A DNA stretch of 64,000 nucleotides from an uncultured Planctomycetota bacterium (lineage in GTDB: Bacteria; Planctomycetota; Planctomycetia; Gemmatales; Gemmataceae), in NCBI GenBank assembly GCA_963849325.1, contig CAWKHF010000006.1:704001-768000 (forward strand), read 5' to 3'. The notes beneath the pieces were generated by a model, which saw only the letters and a program-made list of their open reading frames with translations, had not been told where the DNA came from and searched no databases. The translations under genes were made by a program, and so were the position numbers. Shown piece by piece: positions 25,896-36,152 of the stretch (its first letter is position 1; each line of letters begins with the position of its first letter).

Positions 25896-28153
25896 CTACT
25901 TCGGCAGCACGGCGACCAGACCGAGCGAGGACGGCGACCCATCGGGCCCCAGGTGCCCGGTCGCGCCGACGAAGAGAGCCCCCTTGCCGCCAATCGAGGA
26001 AGGCCTGCCCCCATTGCCGCCGACCGGCTCGCTGTTGTACGTGTCGCGCAGGTCCAGACCGTTTTTGCCGAGCTTGGCAAAGGTCAAGGTGAGGGCGTCG
26101 AGCGTCAGGGCCGCTCGCACCGAGATGGCACTCACGACGTAGCCGGGCTTGGCCTTGACCGTGACCGGGGCCGCAGGGACCGAACCGTGCCAGGTGCCGA
26201 GCTTCTCGCCGTCTTTCGTCCAGTAGATGGGCCGCAAGGATTTCACGATGTCGTTGGTGGTGAATTTCCCCAGGCCCACCTCGAAGCCGATGAGAACGCC
26301 GCCCTCTTCGCAGACGTCTCGGTAGGTATTCTTGTGCAGGGTGAAGCCGCGGATATCAACGTCCGCGAGCCTCTTGTCGCGGACGGCCTCCGCAACCAAA
26401 GCGAAGACGTCGCCGTTGATCTTCAGCCCGACGGCCGAGCCTTTTGCTTTCCCCCCCGCCGCAGGCGCGCCCGGTGCGGGAGCGGCGGGATTGGCGTCGG
26501 CGATTTCCGGATTCGCCGACGTCCGCCGTAAGGCGACGTTTTTCAGCGTGTAGGCGAGGCGACGGGAAGCGACCACTCCGCTGAGGCTCAGCTGGTCGCC
26601 CTCGAAGCGGTAGAGGAAGACCGCGCCTCTCCCTCCCCGAATGGTGGTGACCAGGAGTCGTTCGCCCCCTTTCTGCTCCAGCGTGAAGGAGTAGTTCAAC
26701 GTCGAAGTGGTGGTCCTGCCGGCTTGTTTGGTAGCGATATCCACCCGGATCCGGCCGCCCCGGCTCCCCGGCTGGGGGCTGATGCTCAGCTTGAGGGTGC
26801 CCATCGCCCCGCCACCGTCGGCATTCACCGGGCCGGTTTGCCAGGTGCCTTTCAGTGCCGCGAGATCTCCCTCCAGACCCGGACCCCGGGCCGGCCCGGC
26901 GGGCGGGTCGTTCCGGGCGAGCGGACCCGGACGCGGGGTCAGATCGAGCGGGCTGCTTTTACTCCGCTCCACGAGTGGCCGGATGAAGTCGCTGGGGACG
27001 GCGAAGTTGATCTGGGTGCCGGAGATGCCGGCTACGGAGACGCCGACGACGGCGCCGCGGGCATCGGTGACGGGTCCGCCCGAATTGCCGGGGTGCATGC
27101 CGCCGTTGACCTGCACCTGTTTGAGCAAGCCGTTGTCTTTCCGCAACGCGCTGATGGCGGACTTGCTGATGGTGATGTTCTTGCCGAGCTGCGCCCCGAA
27201 GGGGAAGCCGAAAATGTAGACGTTCTGCGTTTCCCTCAGCTCGGTGGCGCTGGCGACCGGCATGGGCGGAGGCAAACGAGAGAGGTCTCCCCGCAGGCGC
27301 AGGACCGCCAGATCGTTCTCGCGGTCTATCCCCAGAAGGGTGCCGGCCAGCTTCGCCTCGCCGGCTCTCTCCGCTGTAGATGACGACCTCCACGCCGCGC
27401 GGCGGGTTGTTGGATCGCAGCATCCCCACGACGTGGGCATTGGTGATGACGAGGCCGCGCTCCAAGGCGAAGAAGCCGCTCCCCTGGGCGACATTCCCGC
27501 CGGCCAGGGTGACGCGAAGATAGACGGTGGATTGTTTGACCTTCTTGACGACGTCCGCCGCGATGTCCGCGGGGACCGGGCCGGCCGGGATGGCCGGCTC
27601 GTCCTCCTTCGCCGGCTTGGCGGACGGGTTGGCTGCGGAGCCAGCGGACGGGGCGTTCAAGGGGACGACGGCGGGAACGGCGGGTCCGGGGGCTGGCTCC
27701 GCTCCGCCCCCGGCCGCGACAGGAGGCGGCTCGTTGGCGAGCGCTACCGCCGGGTTTTTGCTTCCCCTCAGACCGACGACGGCAAGGACAACGCCTCCGA
27801 TGACGAGGCCGATCAGTACCAGCGCCGCCGCACCGACACCGAGAAGGATCGGCGCCAGGTTTTTGCCACCCGGCGAATTCCCGTTCTCACGGCGGGATCG
27901 GGGTTTGGCCGGCCGGCGTCGAGGCTCGAACGTCTTCCTCGCGGGAGGCTCGCCCCGCCGCGCTCGCCGGCCGAGTGGATATCGCGGTCCGCTCCTCGGC
28001 TTGCCGGCTGGCTTGCTCGTCGCGGCCCTTCCGAGCCAGGGTGGGGACGTCAATACGCGACTGGCACTCCCGACAAACAACGGTCTTACCCTGCATGGTT
28101 TCCGCGAGATTGTACTGCTTGCGGCAGGACGGACAGATGATACGAATGCTCAT
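25896..28153 (-). CDS. Zinc-ribbon + TM + trypsin-like (S1C) serine protease (indels near 27970, 27378)
   Basis: CPSC..CREC N-terminus; GSGFF, TNAHVV, NDLAVL, PGNSGGP. Confidence 0.82.
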
Positions 28154-28432
28154 GGAAGTAGCCTCTGAGGAGCTTGAAGCTAAGCCCGAAACCTACGAGA
28201 CAGCTCCCTCGGCACGGGCTGGGTGTCAAGCGATAAAGAGGGTCATAGTGGATGATGGTAACGTCTCGATCCGAGCGCGACAAGAAGCAATTTTTTTTTC
28301 TCCTCAATTCCTCACTTCTTCTCATTGAGTCCTTGGAGTTCCCCACGAAAAGTGGACGCGAGGTTAACGGTTAGCCGCACGCGCCTCCGCCCGAGCGGCG
28401 AAGTCGGCATCGTGGATCCATTCCTTCCGCTG

Positions 28433-29307
28433 TCATTGCAACGTCATCAAATACGCGAAGAGGTCGTGCAATTCCTTGACGGTCAACTGTTCCGCGAAGT
28501 TCTCCGGCATGAGGGATTTCTTCAGGACGACGACTTCGTCCAGGTCTCGTTTCAACAACGAATGGAACTTGCCGCTTTCTTCGCGCAGTTGAATGCTGAA
28601 ATTCGACTCATTGACGCGCAGCCCGACGATGGTTTGTCCTTTCCGGGTGACCACCTGAACGGACTCGTACTGCGGATCGATGTCTTTGGAGGGTTCCAGG
28701 ATCGATTGCATGATGTACTCGGCTGCGCGGCGGCTGGTGATGCGATCCAGCGATGGCCCGATCCGGCCACCTTCGCCGCCGATGGCGTGACATTTGGCGC
28801 ACTGCGTCTTGCCCTTGGGATCGAAAAAGAGCTGGTGACCGGCTTTGGCGTCGCCGGAGAGGTAGGGCTTCCAGGTCGCTTCGCCGGGCGCCGCGCCAGG
28901 CTGCGGATGTAGAGGATGAGCTTGTGGATCTGCTCTTCCTTGAGGGATTCGCCGAGTTTTTTCATGGTCGTCTTGGGCACGCCGTTGCGGATGACGCGGG
29001 CGATGTCGTCGTCGCTCTCGCCGTGAATCCAGCGGTCGTCGGTCAGGTCTGGTCCCTTGCCGCCTCGGCCGTTGCCGCCGTGACATCCACTGCACAGACC
29101 GCGAAACAGCGCCTGACCTTCCTCCAGGGCCGCTTGTTTCTCCGTTGTCAGCGGGGCAGCGGAGCGGGGGACGTCGGCCGAGGGCGTTTCGCGCTTCTCC
29201 GGCGGCTGACGCCCTCGGCTCACGGCCGCCGCCGCCGCACAACCGAGCAACACCGCTCCAAACACGCCCCAGAAGATGCAGCGCAGGCGCGAGGGAAGCA
29301 CGGTCAT
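28433..29307 (-). CDS. Diheme c-type cytochrome (indel near 28885)
   Basis: Signal/TM segment; CSGCHG..GPDL and GDAKAG..CAKCH..IGPSL..SLMP. Confidence 0.85.
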
Positions 29308-29321
29308 GGGGATGGCCCTTC

Positions 29322-31732
29322 TCACTCGTTCGGGGGGTAGTAGGGAACATGCCAGCGGGCGAAGACCTTGGACAATCGGCCGGATCGCTTTAGCTCCGCC
29401 AACGCCCGATCGATTTCGGCCTTCAAGTCGCCGTCGGACTTGCGCACCGCGACGCAAAGGGGGAAGCGGTCCTTCGAATCCGGGAGGGGGATGAATTGGA
29501 ACTCCCGGGGCCAGCGCTCGGCGGCCAGCCAGGGGCCGCGCGTCGAGATGACGTAGCCCGCCCGGACGCGCTTGTCCCTCACAGCCTGCAAAACCGCTTC
29601 CGGACTGGGATAGCTCTGGGTCTTTCGCCCTTCGAGACCGCGCACCGCGATCCCCGGTTCGACGGCCAGTGGTTCGTCGCCGAGCTGCTCCAACCCCGTA
29701 GGTCCGGCGAGTCGAGCGACACCTGGGGTCCGGCTCGGCTCGTCGGACCTACCGCCGGCCGGCGATCCTCGCCGGCCCGAACCACGAGCTGATAGCCGGC
29801 AATGTGGTACGGCTTGGAGTACAGTACGCGCTGGGCGAAGCGATCATCCGGCGTCACCCCCAGAATCACGTCGCACTGTTTCTTGGTCGCCAACTTGGAA
29901 GGATAGGAATCGTGCGCGGAATAGCCCCAGTACACGCGCAGCGACAGGCCCATTTGCTCGGCGAGCAGGCCGGCGATTTCGTAATCAAGCCCGGCTGCCC
30001 TGGGGTGGGCCGTCGAAAAAGGCAGATTGTTTTGATCCAGGCCCACGACCAGCACGCCCGCCGAACGAACTCTCTCCAGTCCGCCATACGAATGCTTGGA
30101 CCTTTGGACTCGCGCCAACCGCGGCTCCAGGCCCCGATCCCGGACCTTGTGATGGATGACTCCCGCTTCTTCCGTCTTCTCCTCCGCGAAAGCCGGGAAG
30201 TACGGCACGTGATAGCGGCCTAGGGCGCGCGACACCGTGCCATCCTGGACGAGCTTTTCGATGGCCGCATCGATGTGGATCTTGAGTTCGTCCTCGCCCT
30301 CGCGCAGGGCGACAGCGATGTTCCAGTGGTCCTCCGGCACATAATCCTTGGCGATCTCCAGCGCCAGGTCGGGAGACGTGTGCAGCGTCCAACCGACGTT
30401 GGCCCAGAGGTAGGCGTGATCGATGTCGCCGTCGTGGAGGGACTTCAGCACGGCCAGCTGGTTGCGGAACAGTCGGCGTAAGTAGCCCCGTTGCCGCAGT
30501 CGATAATCGGCGACCGAACCCGCCTCGGTGCCGAGTCGGCGGGATTTCTCGCCCTTGAGGTCCGCCAACGATCGCACGTGCGGGCCGTTCCTGCGCTGCA
30601 CCAGCACATAGCCGGTGCCGTAGTAGGGCCGCGAGTAAATCACCTTCCCCGCCAGCTCTTCCTCGTCCTCGACGGCGTTGGGGTCCACGGCCGACCCCAG
30701 CGCCAGGTCGCACTCGCGCTGCACAAGTTTCCCGATCGCCGTCTCGCGCTGCACGTCCAACCATTCGATGCGTAATTGGACGCCCATCTCCCTGGCCAAT
30801 GCGCGGGCGATCTCGACATCAAAACCGGAGCGATCTCCTTTGGCACTGGAGTAGGGCAAATTCGCGGGGTCCATGGCGACCACCATTTTGCCGCGTTCGC
30901 GGATGCGCTGCCAGGTATTCACGCGGGCAGTTCGCCGAGCGCTGTCCGTGAAGGGCGGACGAAACGAGACAGCGTACTCGGCGTAGATTTCACGCAGCTC
31001 GCCGGATTCGGCCAACTGGGCCAACACGCGATTGAGGTCCACCAGCAAGGCCGCGTCCTTGGCCCGCACGAGCAGGGCCAGGTTCCAGTGTTCGCGCGGC
31101 ACGTACTCCCGGACAAGCCGCAAACCCAGTTTCGGCCGGTCGTGCAAATACCAGGCGGCGAAATCGGCGTCCAGGAAGGCGGCGTCCAGCACCTCGGAGC
31201 GGAAGCCGGTCAGAAGGTCTTCGCGCGTCTTGAACGACACGACGGTATGGTTCGTCTCGGAAAGGGCCACGGTGCCGGCCGCCACGCCGATTCGTTTGCC
31301 GCGCAGGTCGGCGAGGGAACGCACTTCGCCGGCGCCGCGAGGGACCACTAGCCCGAACTGGCCGCCGGCATAGGGGACACTCCAGGCCAGATCGCGCGGC
31401 GGACCCGCTTCGTGGGGCTGGCCGACGACAACGTCGCAGCGGCCTTCGCGCAGACAATTGCGCGAGCACGCCGCGCTGCCGCACCAGTGAAATTCGACCT
31501 TGCGGCCGAGAGAACGTCCGAGTCGTTTGGCCAGGGCGGCATCGAGTCCTTCGGGCTGACCCTCCGGTGTCTTCCCGATCCGCGGCATGGAGGCGGGCAC
31601 GGCGCAGAAGATCAGAGGTCTTTCTTCCGCCGCCCTTGAAGATGACAAGGTGACAAGGTGACAAGGTGACAAGGTGAATAAGAGAGCGGTGAGGAAGCGC
31701 ACGGCCCCCGAGAGGGATATTGTCTGTTTCAT
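29322..31732 (-). CDS. Triple-domain XoxJ/MxaJ-like (family 3) substrate-binding protein (indel near 29695)
   Basis: Three repeats: CAVPASMP..CDVVVG, MDPANLPYS..GFDVEIA..CDLALG, LDQNNLPFS..GLDYEIA..CDVILG. Directly downstream of the PQQ dehydrogenase. Confidence 0.8.
29698..29752. repeat. REP-like palindrome inside the binding-protein CDS
   Basis: GTAGGTCCGGCGAGTCGAGC / GCTCGGCTCGTCGGACCTAC, 18 of 20 paired. Confidence 0.75.
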
Positions 31733-31770
31733 CTTGCACCTTGTCACCCTGTCACCTTGTCACCTTGTCA
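31643..31770. repeat. Inverted pair of octamer tandem arrays (TGACAAGG)4 and (CCTTGTCA)4
   Basis: Arrays at 31643-31674 and 31739-31770 (one unit reads CCCTGTCA). Confidence 0.9.
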
Positions 31771-33681
31771 CGAGGGAGGTAGGGCGAACACGAACAGCGT
31801 GTTACCGCGGCGGGCGTTGCGCAGCCAGGGAGCGCCATCGCCGGCGAAGCCGGCCGTCCATCCACCCCAGCCCACGCACACGGCGATGTACTGCCGGCCG
31901 TCGAGGGTGTACGTAATGGGCGAGGCATGGTGTCCCGAGCCGCACTGGAAGCTCCACAGGGTCTTGCCCGTATCGGCGTCGTAGGCGGTGAAGAACCCTT
32001 CGGCATCGCCGGTGAATACCAGTCCGCCGCCCGTGGCGAGCACTCCCGCAACCATCGGCGAGCGCGTGGCTACGTCCCATTTGATCTTGCCCGTCTTGAC
32101 GTCAATGGCCTTCAGCGAGCCGGACGCCTGGTTATCGATTAACGTCAGCGAGCTGCCCCAATAGGGCTGCCCCTTGATGAAGAACGCCTTGCCGGAAGTG
32201 AACTTGGCGCAGTTGTTGATGACCGGCACGTAGGCGAAGCCGGTGCCGGGGTGATAGGCCATCGGGTTCCACTCTTTGCCGCCGGCGGCGCCGGGGCAGA
32301 CGCGCACACCCTTTTCGGTCGGCAGCGCGGCCGGGTTGACAAACGGCCGGCCTGTGTCCGGATCGAGTCCGTCCACGCCTTTCTTGCGGTCGGTCCAGGT
32401 CACTTCGCAGAAGGGCTTGCCGTAGAGAAATTTGCCGGTTTCGCGGTTGAGACAATAAAAGTAGCCGTTGCGATGGGCCTGCACCAACGCCTTGATCCGC
32501 TTGCCGTCCTTCTCGACATCGACCAACAGCGGTTCGTTGACGCCGTCATAATCCCAGACATCGTGAGGGCTGTTCTGGAAGTGCCACTTGTAGCTGCCGT
32601 CGTCGGGGTTGAGGGCGAGGATGGAGCAGGTGTAGAGGTTGTCGCCTTTGCGCACGTCGCCGTTGAAGTCCGGCGAAGGATTGCCGATGCCCCAGTACAG
32701 GGTGTTCAACTGGGGATCGTAAGTGCCCGTGACCCAGGCCGAACCGCCGCCGGTGAGCCACGATTGGCCCTGCCAACTGGCCAAGGCTTTTTGGGCGTGC
32801 GCTGCCTTGTCGTTGGGACTGGGCACGGTCCAGAAACGCCATAGGCGTTTGCCGCTCTTGGCGTCATAGGCGTCGAGGAAGCCGCGGATGCCGTATTCCG
32901 CACCGCTGATACCCATAATCACCTTGTCCTTGACCACCAGCGGAGCGACGGTGGCGCTGTAGGCCAATTTGTAAATGTCCTTGATCTCCTTGCCATCGTC
33001 GCCCGTAACCGTGATCGCCGTGTCCCAGATCTCCTCGCCGGTGTTGCGGTCGAGACAGACCAGATGGGCGTCGAGCGTGGTCATGTAGAGGCGCTCGCCC
33101 CAGGCGGCGAAGCCGCGGTTGACGGCGTCGCAGCACAGGGCCATGTTTTCGGGCAGCGATTTCTGGTAATGCCACAGCTGCGACCCGGTCTTGCAATCGA
33201 TGGCATAGGCATGGTTCCAGGGCGTCGTCACATACATAATGCCGTCGATGACCAACGGCGTGCATTCGAAGCCGTCGAGAACGCCCGTCTGAAACGACCA
33301 TTGGGGGATCAGGCGTGCCACGTTCTTTTTGTTGATTTGCTTCAGGGGGCTATAGCGATGGGCGTCATAGGTTCGGCCGTACATGAGCCAGTTGTCCTGG
33401 TTGTCCGCGGCGTGCAAGAGGTGATCCTGCGTGACGGCGCCGACGGGGCCTGCCGCTCCCTCGTCCGCCTTGGCCTTGGCCGATGGCGTATCGTCCTTGG
33501 CGGCGGGCTTCTCCCCCGCCTGCGACTTCTCGCTGGCCCGCGACTGCGGATCCGGTTCAGCAGCCGGCTCCTCAAGGGACCGCCCGCAGCCGATTGACGA
33601 GCAGACAAAAAGGAGTAAAGCAATCCAAGATAGTCCGCGCAGGAATACACGAGACGGTGAAGAGAGGTGCATAGCGCTCAC
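31768..33681 (-). CDS. PQQ-dependent alcohol dehydrogenase (methanol/ethanol family), predicted lanthanide-binding, lipoprotein
   Basis: RYSPLKQIN, LCCDAVNRG, GAEYGIRG, GNPSP, HDVWDYDGVNE; lipobox-like SIGC. Confidence 0.93.
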   Translation of the reverse strand: MSAMHLSSPSRVFLRGLSWIALLLFVCSSIGCGRSLEEPAAEPDPQSRASEKSQAGEKPAAKDDTPSAKAKADEGAAGPVGAVTQDHLLHAADNQDNWLMYGRTYDAHRYSPLKQINKKNVARLIPQWSFQTGVLDGFECTPLVIDGIMYVTTPWNHAYAIDCKTGSQLWHYQKSLPENMALCCDAVNRGFAAWGERLYMTTLDAHLVCLDRNTGEEIWDTAITVTGDDGKEIKDIYKLAYSATVAPLVVKDKVIMGISGAEYGIRGFLDAYDAKSGKRLWRFWTVPSPNDKAAHAQKALASWQGQSWLTGGGSAWVTGTYDPQLNTLYWGIGNPSPDFNGDVRKGDNLYTCSILALNPDDGSYKWHFQNSPHDVWDYDGVNEPLLVDVEKDGKRIKALVQAHRNGYFYCLNRETGKFLYGKPFCEVTWTDRKKGVDGLDPDTGRPFVNPAALPTEKGVRVCPGAAGGKEWNPMAYHPGTGFAYVPVINNCAKFTSGKAFFIKGQPYWGSSLTLIDNQASGSLKAIDVKTGKIKWDVATRSPMVAGVLATGGGLVFTGDAEGFFTAYDADTGKTLWSFQCGSGHHASPITYTLDGRQYIAVCVGWGGWTAGFAGDGAPWLRNARRGNTLFVFALPPS

Positions 33682-33824
33682 GGCGGTTCCCTCATTGGAG
33701 CGGAAAGATGCTTGCCCGCGTGGGACGGGGCCAATAATACTCCACGCTGATGAACAGTCAAGCAATTTCATCGGATCGCCGCGGAAGGCGGAAGGGGGTG
33801 GGCGTCATGACTTCGGCGCGGGAC

Positions 33825-34238
33825 TCAGGCAGGCGGATGTCGGCCGCGGACAGTTTCCTCTTGGCGGATGGCGATGATGAGCGGACGGTTCATCGCCAGG
33901 GCCATCACGGTGGCCCGTCCAGTCGGCGTCCGCGGCACGACCCTTGCGCCGTCCCAACGGAAGTGTTTGCCCCAGCTTTGTGTCCGCGGGTTAAACAACG
34001 GCACTTCTTCACCCGTGTCGGGATCGGCGGCCGTCTGTTTCGCCCACTTTCGCAGCGAACAGGAAACACACGCCAGAGCGAGGTTGTCTGCGGTGGTCGG
34101 CCCACCGGCCGCTCGGGGGACGACGTGGTCAATGTGAAACGTCGCCTCCTGCCCAAGTTGAGACAACTGACAGTACTCGCATCGATTGCCCGCCCGGAGC
34201 ATGACTTCTGCCTGGAGGCGGGGGGAGATGTCGCTCAT
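33825..34238 (-). CDS. HNH endonuclease
   Basis: RAGNRCEYC, FHIDHVVP..GG, NLALACVSC, LFNPR. Confidence 0.88.
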   Translation of the reverse strand: MSDISPRLQAEVMLRAGNRCEYCQLSQLGQEATFHIDHVVPRAAGGPTTADNLALACVSCSLRKWAKQTAADPDTGEEVPLFNPRTQSWGKHFRWDGARVVPRTPTGRATVMALAMNRPLIIAIRQEETVRGRHPPA

Positions 34239-34444
34239 GGGGTCATTCGCTCGGCCCGCAGTCGCAACAAAGTGAGGAACTCCGCCAGATCGACCAGTCC
34301 CTCGGCCTCCTCACGCTCCTGCGCGGACAGCGGTTGGCCGGAATCCTGACGGTCGAGAAGTGTCTGCAAGCGGGCGGCGACAGCTTCCGGCAGCCGGAAT
34401 CGAGCGAGATCGTCGGGGAGATCGACTTCAAGGGTCAAGGTCAT
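34235..34444 (-). CDS. Small protein coupled to the HNH gene (antitoxin-like)
   Basis: RLQTLLDRQDSGQPLSAQEREE; ATGA overlap with the HNH gene. Confidence 0.75.
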   Translation of the reverse strand: MTLTLEVDLPDDLARFRLPEAVAARLQTLLDRQDSGQPLSAQEREEAEGLVDLAEFLTLLRLRAERMTP

Positions 34445-34606
34445 GCGAGCCTCCACGTTACCGTTACCCCATCATTTTACTATCGACGGGTGGACGGGAA
34501 CAGCCAAAGCTCAGGAATCGGATCATGCGAGAGACGCGATAAAGTCAGACGAGGCGTGATTCGCGCGGCCGTTCTGCTGGAGCGGCTGATTCGGCTGCCT
34601 CACTCT

Positions 34607-35017
34607 TTATCGGTGGTCCCCGGATCTTGGCCGCCGACCAAAAACCTCCACTACGGTTGAGTCCGCATCGGTAACTCTTTCACCGGCAACTTGAAGCACC
34701 GTGACATAGTCGATGGTATCATCTTTGTAGAAGGCCAGGGAGGAGTATTGTGACTCATCTTTACGGAGCTGACACTCGCAAAGTGCATCGACAATGAGTT
34801 TGGCCACGTTCTCAATATCGAAGCGGCGTGGGCCAGCCTTTCGAACGAGGATGCGGAACGCCCATTGCTTGACCTCGGAAGGAACCGAATTGCGCTCCGA
34901 CAACTCTGAAATCTCCGAAACGAAATGAGGATGGCCAGCAAGAGGCGCACCGTGGCGGACCAGGTGCCACCGACAACTCTGTAACCTCCGAAACGAAATG
35001 AGGGTGAACGTTCTCAA
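34607..35017 (-). CDS. RusA-like nuclease-fold hypothetical protein (5' end uncertain)
   Basis: RFDIENVAKLIVDAL resembles the RusA DxDNxxKxxxDAL motif; followed by KDD. Confidence 0.5.
   Translation of the reverse strand: MRTFTLISFRRLQSCRWHLVRHGAPLAGHPHFVSEISELSERNSVPSEVKQWAFRILVRKAGPRRFDIENVAKLIVDALCECQLRKDESQYSSLAFYKDDTIDYVTVLQVAGERVTDADSTVVEVFGRRPRSGDHR
34897..35006. repeat. Two 37-bp direct repeats separated by 36 bp
   Basis: CCGACAACTCTGAAATCTCCGAAACGAAATGAGGATG and CCGACAACTCTGTAACCTCCGAAACGAAATGAGGGTG (3 mismatches). Confidence 0.8.
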
Positions 35018-35042
35018 GTCGCAATCTCTCGCTCTGTTCCCG

Positions 35043-36152
35043 CTATCCTGGATTTGGGCATGGATTCCGGCGCCAGGACCACGCCCTGGAAAGGTCCAAC
35101 TCCAACGATGTTGAAGCTCTCTGCGCCTGGGCCGCTACCCTCTCGTGGTACGGCGATAGTCCACACACCGGGTCGGTATTGGCCGCGTCGCCGGTCAGCA
35201 GGGCCGCCTGGCAGCGGCAGCCGCCGAAATCCCGCTCGCGCTCCGGACAGCTGCGGCACGGCTCCGGCATCCAGCCGGTGCCCCGGAAGCGATTGAACGC
35301 CTCCGACTCCTCCCAGATCCACCGCAGCGACCGACGACGGACGTTCTCAAATCGAAGTCCCGCGATCCCCCCCGCGGTCGGGCAGGGCAGCACGTCGCCC
35401 ACCGGGTTGACGGTCAGGTGCCGTTGCCCCCAGCCGTTCATGCACGGCTTGGGACGGTCGCCGAGATAGTCCGGCAACACGTAGACGACTTGCATCCGCC
35501 CGCGCAGACGCTCGGCGGCAGCCGTGGCTGCCGCCTGGGCCGCCTCCGCTTGACTCCGCGATGGCAGCAGCGACGCCTGGTTGCGCAGCGCCCAACCGTA
35601 GTACTGCGTGTTCGCCAGCTCCAGACGTTCGGCCCCCAGTCCCTCCGCCAGGGCCACCAGCGCCTCGATGCGGTCGATGTTCTCCCGGTGCAGGACCACG
35701 TTGAGGGTCAGCGGCCAGCCCAGCTCGACCGCCAGCCGCGCCGCTTCCAACTTGCGGGCGTGGGCGTGTACGCCCGCGAGGGTATCCGCCGCTGCCACTT
35801 CGTCCGCCTGGAAACTGATTTGCACGCTGTCCAGTCCGGCTTGTCGCAGTCGCTCGCCGCGCGCCCGCGTGAGTCCGATTCCGCTCGTCAGCAGGTTCGT
35901 GTATAACTCCGCCGCGCGGGCCACCTGCACCAATTCCGGCAGGTCGGAGCGCAGCAACGGCTCGCCCCCCGAGAAGTGAACGTGCACCACCCCCAGCTCT
36001 CCCGCCTCGCCCAGCACACGCTGCCATTGGGCTGTCGTCAGCTCCTCCTCGGCCGGCGAGAACTCCGTGGGGTTGGAGCAGTAGGGGCAGTGCAACGGAC
36101 AACGATACGTCAGCTCCGCCAGCAGTCCCAGCGCCGCGGCGCGGCCCGACAT
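35043..36152 (-). CDS. pqqE: PQQ biosynthesis radical SAM protein PqqE
   Basis: AELTYRCPLHCPYCSNP, SGGEP, ANTQYYGWA, KPCMNGWG, DFGGCRCQA. Confidence 0.96.
   Translation of the reverse strand: MSGRAAALGLLAELTYRCPLHCPYCSNPTEFSPAEEELTTAQWQRVLGEAGELGVVHVHFSGGEPLLRSDLPELVQVARAAELYTNLLTSGIGLTRARGERLRQAGLDSVQISFQADEVAAADTLAGVHAHARKLEAARLAVELGWPLTLNVVLHRENIDRIEALVALAEGLGAERLELANTQYYGWALRNQASLLPSRSQAEAAQAAATAAAERLRGRMQVVYVLPDYLGDRPKPCMNGWGQRHLTVNPVGDVLPCPTAGGIAGLRFENVRRRSLRWIWEESEAFNRFRGTGWMPEPCRSCPERERDFGGCRCQAALLTGDAANTDPVCGLSPYHERVAAQAQRASTSLELDLSRAWSWRRNPCPNPG

Noticed and set aside
31768-33681. Naming the dehydrogenase xoxF, exaF or pedH
   Set aside because: The motif supports lanthanide binding, but clade and substrate cannot be assigned without a phylogeny.
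34897-35006. CRISPR array call
   Set aside because: Only two imperfect repeats and no cas genes in the window. Kept as a plain repeat and a low-ranked finding.
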